Source of the DNA: Callorhinchus milii | Lineage: Eukaryota | Assembly: GCF_018977255.1 (NCBI RefSeq) | Contig: NW_024704743.1 | Coordinates: 43,030,001 to 43,094,000 of the forward strand | Length of the DNA: 64,000 nucleotides | Direction: 5' to 3' | Part shown: piece after piece, positions 37,201-49,200 of the stretch | Layout of the letters: every line of letters begins with the position of its first letter | Numbering within the stretch: the first letter of the stretch is position 1 | Position numbers and translations under genes: made by a program | Notes under the pieces: model-generated | The model's database searches: none | Told to the model about the DNA's origin: nothing | What the model saw: the letters and a program-made list of their open reading frames with translations, nothing else

Positions 37201-40200
37201 CACATTTTCATATAAGAAAAATACACACTTCACTCATTTTTTACATGACTTAATACTGTGCTGAGTGTGTCTCAATAACATGGTTTATACTTGTGAAATG
37301 GTCATTGTGGCACTGTGTATCGTTTGTATGTAACTAACCTTTGAGACTGTCAGAGAGTTGTGTGCTCCCTTGGCTGGCCTTTTTTAAGATTTAATTTCAA
37401 AGATTGATGGAGAAAGTTTTGCTAACATATACTAATGTGTCAACATATACTAATTGTCATCATCTAATACTAAAAGAATTGCTGCTCTCCTTTGTTTCTC
37501 TTGTCTCTTCACCTACATTTGCTTCCTTCATAATTTTTCAACTACTTTTTTCTTTTGCTTTTTAAACCTAAGCTTCAGTTTCTTCTGTGGCTTCAACAGT
37601 CTGCCCTTTATTTTGGTGCTGGCACATTTCTTAAATATGGTCTCCAATTAACTTGGAAACTGCTCTTTGGAATCAATTGGAAAGATGAACGGTGATGGTT
37701 ACCCTTGTGTTGGAGTGACAAGGTCTTTTTTAGATGCCCTTCATATGTGCAATCAAGATAACTCAGCAGACCCGTGGCAGGGTGAGCAAAATGAGTTCTA
37801 AAAGAACTTAAGGGTTAAATACTTAACTCAAATCTCGGAGGTATGATTTATTCCAAACTATTTTTAAAACGTTACTTTAATGTGTTTTCCCTCTTCATTG
37901 TGGGAAGGTTGGGGTCCATGGGGCAGATTGAGGTCAGTGGGGAAGATGAATGTACTCTTCCACAAGTAATTTTATCAAGTAAGAGCCTGGACTGTTTTTT
38001 GCCTTTCTGGGAGCCAATTTATTTTTAGCATGATCCTCTTTTTGTTGTCCTATTTTTTTGCCTTATGACCAAGATTGACAATTTTTCGTCTGGAAGAAGC
38101 CTGAATGTAAATGTCTATTAGAAGGATTTGAGTCATTGTGTTAAACCACTATCACAGGAAAATCAACAGGTATTCCTATAATCCTCTTTAGAGGAATGAA
38201 GAAATAGAATCTTTAGAATAAATTCTTTTAACCAGGAATATCTCCTTTATTCAGGTCTGTTTTTGCAATTTGCCTTACTATGTTTCCTGCCTCGTGTGTG
38301 TATAACTTGCATCTAAATTGTGTCACTACAGGGGAAAGAAAAGTGAGAACAATATGTTCACTTTATCGCATTTTTATTTCTCAAGATCAATCACAAGTAT
38401 CCAGAACGAAGACTATTAGTGGCCGAATCCTGTGGGGCACTAGCACCCTACCTGCCTGTAAGCAATATTTGCACTTCTTATGTTTTTAAAAATTAACCAT
38501 TTTGTGATTTGATTTTGACCTAACTTAAATCTTGTTGGTTTCCATTTCCAGAAAGAGATTCGTAGTTCATTGGTGCTATCAATGCTACAGCAAATGTTAG
38601 CAGAAGATAAGGCAGACCTTGTGCGAGAAGCAGTCATCAAAAGTCTTGGCATTATTATGGGATACATTGACGATCCTGACAAATACCTACAGGTGTGGGA
38701 TTGTTCCAGGAACCTGAGTACATTCATTTAGATCATGGAAATTCCCTTCTTTTGTTGCTTTCTTTAAAATTACCTTTGTTTTTCTTAGGGTTTTGAGCTG
38801 CTTATGTCTGCCTTAAATGACCCCTCGGAGAGGGTGATTAATGCTACGCATCAGGTTTTCCTACCAGCTTTCGCAGCCTGGACCACAGAATTGGGTAAAC
38901 TCCAGTCTCATCTCATTCCCACTCTGCTAAGCAGCGTCGAAAAAATCCTCAGGGTATGTTCGAAGAAAAATATGTCTTTAAAGCAAAACATTGATTCACT
39001 TTAATGTCTGTAGAAGGATTTGAGTCCTGGTCCTCCAGTAATTCGTTGTGCAAGTTTATCTGTTGGGGTACACATGAGCATGGAAGTATGAGTGGTATTA
39101 AATATCAGAAAACTTTGATGAAGGTAACCCAACAGTAGTCGACTCTGAAAGACAGGGTTGCTAGCAGGGGAAGCACTCTGAAATTGTCAGTGCTTGTACT
39201 AGTTTTCTGTGAGCGTAATTTTAATATTCTGATCTGTTGTCAGTGCTTTTGTCAGGCCTGTACATGAACAGAGGGCACCTCAGAGCAAGAAGTCTCAAAA
39301 TGATTATTTCCCAGGGATTAAGAACATGTGTGTATTTCAGGTTAGAAACCACAACTTGCTATTCTATGACATGACATTCCACTACTGCTGGGTTACCTTC
39401 ATCAAAGATTTCTGATATATACTGATGATGTTCTTATAGATCCATGTGTTCCAAGCATGCTTCTTTTTCATGAAACATCATCTACTGAGACTTAGCTGAT
39501 CCCTGGAAAATTATTTGTTTCTAATTTTTTTATTCACCTAGGATGGAGAGCATGGGCTTGACGAGCATAAGCTCCACCTGCATCTTTCAGCCATGCAGTC
39601 ACTGATTCCACCGCTGTTTGCATTGGTGATACAGAATGCTCCGTTTGCAAGCAAAGCAAAACTTCACGGAGGAGTTCCCCAGATAGAGGGTACTTCTAAT
39701 TAACAATACTTAAAAAGTAATGGAATTGAATGTAGTAAGGTTATATATAGAAAAGTGAAAAATAAAATCTGGAAATGCAGGGCAGGTTGAATAGGATCTA
39801 AAAATTAAAAGATAAGTTAGTGATTCTTTAATCAGGAATTCTGATTTTTGCTTGATTGCCTTAGCGACCAATGGATAGTTTGTGTATGCTGTGAGGAGGA
39901 ATAATCTTTTTTGGTCAGCCGAGTGTCTGCCACATGCAGAAATCCATCACTATGCTTCAAAATATCCACCTACATACGCATGGAAATTCCCATGTGTGGA
40001 ATGCACACTTTCTCCCTGAAGAAACGCACCCAGTTTTCCTAATTCACGGGAGAAGAGACATTTAAGAGGGATACGTCAAATAGTACATCAAATGCCAAGT
40101 GCAAAGAGGTGATAGACTTCTTCGCCTCAAAAATTGAAAACGTCCGTTTGGCTGCATTGTCCTCCTCCCCCAAGTCCCCTTCCACCGCACCTAGACCATC

Positions 40201-43200
40201 CACACCACCCTCTCCCTCCCCCATGGCTCCTGCCACTCCCCCCTCCTTACACTCCTTTGCCCCCATTTCTCCTTCCTCCCTCACAACTACAATCACCCAG
40301 ATGAAGTTCACCACCTGCTGCCTCGACCCCCTTCCCACTCAGCTGCTGGTCACTCAACTCCCCCTTCTCTCACCCCTGCTAGCCGACACTGAGACAATCC
40401 CTGTCAAAGTCGCAAACGACATTCTCTCTATCCGTGATCAGAGCTTCCTCTGCCTCCTCCATTCTCCTGCATCTCTCTGCCGCGTTTGATACAGTCCCAC
40501 CACATCCTCCTCCACCGCTTCTCCTCCCTCATCCACCTTAGTGGGACCGGACTCACATGGTTCGAGTCCTTCCATTTCATCTCAGCTAATGGTTTCTCCT
40601 CCCGCTCCTGCCTGGTCACCCGCTGAGTACCCCAGGGCTCCATCCTTGACCCTCTTCTGTACCTTACCTATATGCTCCCTCTGGGCGATGTCATTCGCAG
40701 ACATGGGGTAAACTTCTACATGTATGCGGATGACACACAAAATTAACTTTGCTTCCTCCAGTACCAGCTCTAAATCACCGATGTTCTGTCAGCTTGTCTG
40801 GCAGACATCATGGCCTGGATGAGTGTAAAGTTCCTGTAGCTGAATATGGACAAGACGAGCCATACTCCTTGGTTCCCATCAACGTCTTCACTCCTGCGGA
40901 TCTAAACTGCTCAACCTCCCTGGGCTCTCCCTCAGACTCAACGAACCAGTGCGCAACCTGGGCGTCCGGTTCGACCCCCAACTGTCCTTCCTCACGCACA
41001 TCCGGTCCCTGACCAGGACCGCTTTCTTCCACCTCTGCCACTTTGACCGTCTCCAACCGTACCTTACCCCAATGCAGCCGAAACCCTCGTGTATGTGTTT
41101 GTCACCTCCCGCTTGGATTACATTAACTCATTCCTCGCTGGTCTCCCCAGCTCCACCATTCACAAGATTCAGCTCATTCAAGACTCTGCTGCCCGCATAC
41201 CGACCCAGACCAAACTCCGTACCCACATCTCACCAGTTCTGGTCAGGCTCCACTGGCTCTCCATCACCGAACAGATAGACTTCGAGACTCACACTCTCAT
41301 GTTCAAATACATTCACTCCCAGGCAGCTTCCTACCTCTCCGACCTCCTCACTCCCCAATCCACCACCCAGTGCTGCCGTTCGACTGGCACCAGCCGCCTT
41401 CTCGCCCCTCCTCCCCACCATCGGAGGTCGTGCTTTCAGCCACTGCCCCCCAAAACTTTGGAACACTCTCCTCTCCCTACCCATTGCCCCCTCTCCCAGT
41501 TTTCAAATCCCGCCTGAAAACTTTCCTCTTCGGCCGTGCTTACGGCCACCTCCTCCCAGCTCAGAGTCAGGCTCCACCACTGTTAAACGCTCTGAGACGC
41601 TACCCTGTGTGGCGGGTACTATATAAGTGCAAGTTGTTGTAATAGAGGTGTTCCAAGATTATGAAAGGATACGATAAAGTTAACATAAATGGACTGTTCC
41701 CACTTGTTGGAGAGTCCTTAACTAGGGGCATAAGTTTAAGGTAGTGATTTGGGGAACTAAAATAGAATTTAGGAGGAACTACTTCACAATAAGGTAGTGA
41801 GATTGTGTAACTTGCTATTCCAAACGGTGGTTGAATCAGACAATATAGATGCATAGCAAAAGGGAAGCTAGATTTTCACACGAGGGACCAAATGAACAGA
41901 AGGGTATGGGAGGGTGTAAGGGAGACCATTCTTACCTCCTTCTTCATCCCCTCTTTCTCTCTTTTCACTGAGGTCAAAAATTAATTAGTTTTCCTGTACA
42001 TCCAGGATTGATTTTACAACATGCATACATTGCTAATCTAAAACTGCTACATTTTTTTCGGTTTTATCTTGCTTTGAATTTGAGAATGCAAACTGTGCAA
42101 ATGCTGTAATATAATAATACAAGGAATAGAAATTGAACTTAGAAAGTACTGGATATCAGAGTAAGGCTTCAATGTATTTTAGAAAATATAACAGAATTTC
42201 ACTTTTTTTTAGTGACCAGGTTCCCTCGACCAGCATCTCCACTTCAGGATGTAGCAACTATCATTGGAAGCCGAGAGCAACTATCTGTGCTGTTGCAGCT
42301 GTATGATCATCAACTGGAACATGAGGGTACCACTGGCTGGGAGAGTCTTTTGTGGGTTGTCAACCAGCTGTGAGTCCCTATTATCAACTATGTGCAATGT
42401 GCTTCAAAATCTACTTACTGTCAATTACTGACCAATTTAGCTTTTATACACAGAAACACTTGTTATCACAAAGGAAATATTTTGTGTTTGCAAATCTTAG
42501 AATAGTAATAATAATAATCCTTGCATTTGATATAGTGCTTCATCACATTTTCAAGACGTCTCAAAGTGCTTCACAGAGTATTCTGTAAAATGAATTGACT
42601 GTATATTTTGTGGGCAGAACCTGGCAACCACAAACAGCCGTGGATTGAGTGACCAAAGTATTATTTTTATATGCAATATACAATAAATCTAACATATGTC
42701 ATATCTGTTGGGACCGTACAATTTAATATGACTTCTGCAAAGTATGAGTTATGTTAAGCTTACATAGAATATAAACACTTCAACGGAAACTTAGGCAGAT
42801 GTACCACTTAGGCAATTATATGAGTTATACAATTCAGAATTATCATCATCATTATCATCATTAATGTTAGCAGGCATGAGGGATTTTGTTCAAAGCAATC
42901 TGTTTACTTAATTTGAAACATATACTGGAACATTTTCACCTTCTGTTTGGAAATTGGACATTATTTTCGATACTTGTTATAAGAAGTTTTATAGAAGAAA
43001 AAGCTTGGTGATTAAAACATTACAGGTTACAGAATAATAGTTTTGTTGCAATATTGCACAAGGAAGGATGGTTCCATTACTCAGAAATTTCATTATTCAT
43101 TAAATAGATACTAAGAGCTCAGAATTAATCAAATCAGCGAATTCAGTTCAAGATCCTCGTTCTCGCTTTCAAATCCCTCCATGGTCTTGACCCACCCTAC

Positions 43201-46200
43201 CTCTGCAACCTCCTCAGACCATAATGACCTTGCCGCTACCTCGACTCAGCAAACATGACCTGTTTCATGTCCCCTGCCCTACCCACCTCATCATTAGTAG
43301 TCGGGTTTTCAGCCAATCTGGCCCCACTTTCTAAAACTTGTGATTTGCCCCCTTCCACACCTCTTCCAAGAACTGTCTCAAGATCTTCCTCTTTGATCTC
43401 GCCTTTGGTCATCTTTCCCTTCCCCACCCCCCTTGGCTCCCACGCCCAGCTCGGGTGCCAAGCGCCTTGGAACGTCCTCCCGATATGATATAAATCTAAA
43501 CTTTCATTGGTGTATTGTAAATATACTAACTCTATTTTACTTTATTTGCAGATTGCCAAACTTAATAGAAACAGTTGGTAAAATTAATGTTGGCTCAACG
43601 TCATGTGTTCATGACTTCTCCCGTTATTTCTGGAGGTTGTGTCGAACGTTTGGTAAAATATTTACAAATACAAAGGTGCAAATAACTTTAATCCTTGGAG
43701 CATAATATAACTGACATTTGTCTTGTGGTCATTATAGGTTTTATATTATAAACAATGGGAATGAATTCCAGGAGCCAAACATTGAAAGGGTCAATGTCAG
43801 TTTATGTGTTTTTTGGCTCTGCTTAATTGCATTTAAAATATGCTTAGCTCTGTCAAACTATTTCTCCCCTTATCAGTGTTATTTTCATGACATCCAATTG
43901 TACAATTGCTAATTAAAGATAGGAATTACCAAACATACATCAGTTTATTGAGCAAATGGTAAAAACACAGAAAATGAGCAGCAGGAGCTAATCCTACACT
44001 AAGGAGAAAGATTTTGCTCAGCTCAATTGAAATATGAAACCATCTTGGGAGCCCAAACCAGCCTTAAAAAAACCTGCTAATGACCTGCTTTCAATATTGT
44101 AATGACTACACTGCTTAACTTGCTTTGTATTGCTGATAAACAAGCAAACCAGTGATGTTAATCTGTTCACTTGGTTTTTACACTTGTTTTCTTTTACAAA
44201 CTATATTTTAAAATATCTTATCATTCTGTTTTCTAAAATTACAATTTTTTTTAAAAGTGTGCATGTAATCTATAGTTTCTTTGTAATCAATGCGTGACTA
44301 TGGATTGTGGCGGCTTTCAGTCTAACATGCAATATATGATACAACCTTAGGTGAAACCTCAGTTCCAAGAAATATTGAGACTATCAGAAGAAGTTGTTGG
44401 TAAGCCACACCTTTGTATTACCCACTGACAACCTCATTTTCTATTTATAACCTTCTCATTTTACATTGCTCTGCTGAAATTAGAATACTTGGTATAATTT
44501 AAATTTGTAAATCTCTCATTTTTTTAAAGAAGGTTTTAGATGAATTGCACACAGCATTGTCCCACAAACAGCCAGGAAGTGAATGACCATTTTTATAACT
44601 CTGTCTTTTTGAAAGGTGTTGTGGGATTGGTCACCCAAACAGGCAGATCAGACTTGATAAGGGATTTATGACTTTAGAGCACTTCCCCAGGACTGCAGTG
44701 TGTCAGCCGAGACTATGAGTTGAAGCCTAGACTATGAGCTGAAATGTGAGAGTGCAAGCTACCAACTGACCCAAGATTGACATCAGTTTAAAAACAACAT
44801 AGTTGTCCTTAACAATAAATAAATTATTTCTAAAAGTAATTTTATACAGGACTTAATAACACTGTACATTAACGTTTTTTTCCAAAAGATGCCTCGGTTA
44901 CAGCTGGCAACGGTGTGCTAACAAAGGCTACTGTTCCCATCTATGCAACTGGTGTACTCACCTGTTACAACCAGGTAAGGAAAATGTTATATTTGTAATC
45001 TCAGAAACATTACTCTCTTTTTAATTTAGTACAGTAGTTAGAATTTGCATTGTTTAGTAACAGTGTGTATCTACCATAGGAAGAAGATCGGAAGCTCTTA
45101 GTGGGATTTTTGGAAGATGTAATGACAACACTTTCTTTATCCCATGCACCCCTTGATAGTCTGAAGGCTTCATTTGTGGAACTAGGGTAAGTAAATGATG
45201 AATTATAGTTAGTGAAACGTCTTATTCAAAAGGCATGCTCATATGTAATGCAGGCACAGAAGTCTTGCCAACTTTGACCCAATTGTCAACTTCCCAGTGG
45301 ATCATTAACTGTATCAGAAAGATTATGGTTTGGAGAGATTCCCAGTCTCTGTTGGGTTCACTGTTTAAGTTTATATAGTAGGAATGCACCCTGGTTGAGG
45401 AAGGGGAAAATAATAATAATATTATTCAGCTAGAAATCAGCTAGAGTTACACAAGAACTCCAACACATAAAGTAGTTTCTGTTAGAATGGAGTTCCCACT
45501 GGTTAGCAAAGTAAACTTCATTACCAACGAGAACCCCATTTGTGCCATTCAAATTCAATATTAAGGTATCCTCTGACTCTTGCTGAGAGATGCATGTGTG
45601 TGGATGCCTCAAGAGGACAATATCAGGCTTGACTCTGATGCACTCTATTCACTATATGAATAATGACCAGTTGGGTGCTATGGAATAAGGGGAAATTGAA
45701 CCCATAGAACTGTAGATCAGTATAAGGGAAAAGGAGTTTAATGTCCACAGACTGAGAGGCAGAACTTGGCAACGTAAAAATTTTTTTGAAAAGAACTGTT
45801 TTATTAAGAATAATTATTACTTATTATTATTATTAAAGTGTTGGCTTTGTTTGGGATGTATATGCAGTGAGATGGCAGTTTCTCAAATATTAGGATTTCA
45901 TAGTGTGATTGTTTGGTAAACATAGTCTGATTTTGTTTAAAATATGATCTGACTCAATGACGTGGTAAGGTGCTATATCAAATGCAAAGATTTTTTTTCT
46001 CTCTTTAGAGCAAACCCAGCATACCACGAGTTGCTATTAACAGTGTTATGGTATGGCGTTGTACATACATCAGCACTTGTCAGATGCACTGGTGCTAGGA
46101 TGTTTGAGGTAAGATTTCCAATTGTAAAAAAAACTCATACAGATTTAATTTATGATATTTTTGATGGGATTCCTTAATCAAAAATGTTAGAATTCTTGCC

Positions 46201-49200
46201 AACCCACAGAAACCTAGTTCCGAAAGTAAATTCTTGTGAAGTTCCTGCTGGCCAGCATGATATTCTTGCAATTACTGGAAGCACCCCATTTGCTGTCGGG
46301 ATAGATTCCTTATTAAGAAACCCTGTTGAGAAATGCCCCAAGTTACACTTCATAATTTTTGTTTTAAAGTCTTAACTTTTTAAAATGAAAGTGCTTGTTG
46401 AGGTTTTATGTAAATTAGGCACGCTACATAATTGAATAGCAAAAACTATTTGCTCTAAAGTTGAACTTTATTATTTAATACAATGATTCATTGTTGTGTT
46501 CCTTAACAGTATAATGCTAATCAATGTGCCACATACAGAATGTTTTATAGCTAATTACAGCAGCGTGTGATTGTGTAGCTGTCACCTTTTTGATCAATTC
46601 TTATGTGCTTTAGTTATTCACGCAATATAATTATAATCTTGCATGCTTTAAAATTTAAGCTTTGTTAGCCAGGGTGCGGAATCCTTTTTGTTTCTGTGTC
46701 TACCAAAGCTGACATACTTGATTGGAACAGTGACTTGACTGTTTTAAGTGACGTTAGAAATATAGTATTGTATTGTGCTCCTGGAGCCCTAAATTTAGTT
46801 TGAACTGAGAAAAGTTGCCTGTCAGCAGAAGGCAGAAAGAGACAAGTGATCGTTTTCAGCCCCGAGATTCATTACCCGATGTAAAGAGTTGTGAGAGTAC
46901 TCTTTTATTGGTGCTGCAGTGCACAGGAAGTGATATTAACAGTGACTGACAACTCAAATGTTAGCCGTATTTAGCCGATGCGAAGCCAAAATGAGAATGC
47001 ATGAAGGCAACCCGATGACCCTGAAGTCGGACACTTTTTTAGCACAAGAGCAGTAAAACCACAATATGAAGCAAAGCGGCCGACGGATGTTTTAGTAAGT
47101 AAATATTGAGGTCCGCACACCAATCGCTTGATAAGCGAACTGTGATATGAAATGATTCTCCTATATTTGAAAACTTGGGGAAAATTCACACTGAATTTTG
47201 GCATTAGTTCAATTTATACACTTATCATGTAAGAACATGCAATCGGGCATATAGGTATGTTAGTTCGGAGATAACTAGCAGTGGATTACTTCTAAGTAAC
47301 AATGCTTTTGGAAAGTTGATGCTGAACAAACTGATACAGTACCAGACGTACTGTTGAGTTAAAAAGGTTCATTTGGAGGGTATTGGTGAGCTTTGGTAGA
47401 AAAAGGTTCCTAGGAATTTAGAGCTGTTAGCCTTTCAAACCCTATAATTGTTGAGCTGTTCTGTAGAAATTGTTGCTTGGCCTCTAATTTTTGTTTGCTC
47501 TTTTGTTCTTCTCTTCGGTGTGCCATGCTACTTCCCATGATACTCTGCTCACTCTTTCCACGCATCATATGTGACATCCCCTGTTCTGCCCAATCAGCTG
47601 TTGGTGAAGGGGGTGAATGAGACTCTGGTAGCTCAGAGAGTTGTCCCTGCTCTTATCACTCTCTCCAGTGACCCTGAAATGTAAGTTTCTTCCAAGCTAG
47701 TTCAAACACATCCCTTTTTATGAGCTTACTGAGAAATTACCCTCCAATTACACTCCTTACTCTTACGCATGCAGAGATACACCAACGATTTTATTAATAG
47801 CTGAAAAGGAAATATCACTGTCCAAAGAGACAAATTAAACTGAATTGGTCATTGTAAATGTAAAAACAACTACATTTGTAAGAGAAAGGGTCGGTATTTT
47901 TTTCTGGAGATGCACCAATTTGTGAATCATTGTGTTGTCTTTAACCTACTTGGAACCCATCGTGGTTAAAGTGGTTGGAGGGAGGAATTGAACACACAAT
48001 GGACCAAAATCTGAGAAGACTAGGGTTGGAGGTAATGCTTAACTAGGAAGGGGCAAGGCCATAAAGGAAATTGAAGTTGATCTGCTAGGGCAGTGGAAGC
48101 CTAGGGAGTATGGGTTGCTGGATGTTCAGAGCCTGATGTGGAAGAGACTATGAGCTGCAGCGTTTGGAAGAGTTGAGTCAGTGGTGATTGGAGGGTGGTG
48201 GAGGGGGGAGTCTAGCGATATGTCTTTAGGATTTCACCAGCAGAAAGAATGATGTAGAAGCGAATACAACTATTGCTCAAAAGATGGAAAAGGATGGTCT
48301 TGGTAAATGACAGGTTTTGGGTTTGAAGAAGATCTGGTCATCAAGCAGAATGCAAAGGTTGCTCACTGGCTAAGAAAGCAATAGGGAAATACAAGCAGAG
48401 AAATGTGCAGTGCAGATTTTAGTCTCATTTGAAATCTGCTTTACAGAGAGATTCCACAATTATGAATAATTTTTAATTAGTTGTGTGAGCAGTATTTTGG
48501 CAGCTGATCAAACAAGTAGTTGTGTCACAGCAAGATATATACTGAATTAATCTTAGTATCTGACAGCTTTATTCTTGGTGACCAGTGAGGTGAGGGTCCA
48601 AATATTAGCAGCAAATATTGGTATCATTTTGATACAGAGGTTTAAAACAACAAAAATAGTGAGCAATGACTTGAACTGTTTGGATATGTAGCCTCCAAAA
48701 GAAATATCATGAACTACAAAATTAGATGGGTGGTTTTTCAAAGCAAAAGGGATGTGTTGCTTTTGTTTAACCTGCTAATCTCTCACAGGTTGAATTTTAC
48801 CAGGGCTTGAGCATGTGCATAGGCCTTAACTTTATTATGTGTTTTGTTTTGGTGATTAACTTCTTCCTTGAATGGACTGACTCTGAGTGCACATTGGTTA
48901 ACTAATCACTTTTTTTTCGCTTTTATGTTTACCCAACGATGGTTTTATTTTTTTTATTTTTGTTGCATTTTTGACTGGTTACAGCTGATCGTACGAGGCA
49001 TGAGTGAAGCCTTAATTGACAAGCGAGTTGCTCCGGCCCTTGTTACCTTATCCAGTGACCCTGAATTGTGAGTTGTTTGGACTAAGACCCATAGACTTTT
49101 AAAACAAATCAAACTTATTTGTCTGTTCTGACAAGTGCACTGACTTCTGTTTGATAGTATTGTAGTATTCTCTCCAGGCACAAATGGCTAATCAGCCTGA

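Noticed and set aside
37424..37460. Short tandem duplications (also 47-68, 32004-32040, 54699-54735) as CRISPR-like or functional repeats
   Set aside because: Two-copy slippage duplications with no spacer array, in eukaryotic intronic or L2 context.
46499..46507. Second U12 intron from TTCCTTAAC (similar motifs at about 22788 and 44806)
   Set aside because: The donors of those introns are U2-type (GTAAGA, GTATGG, GTAAGC) and the motifs are not 10-20 nt from a used acceptor.
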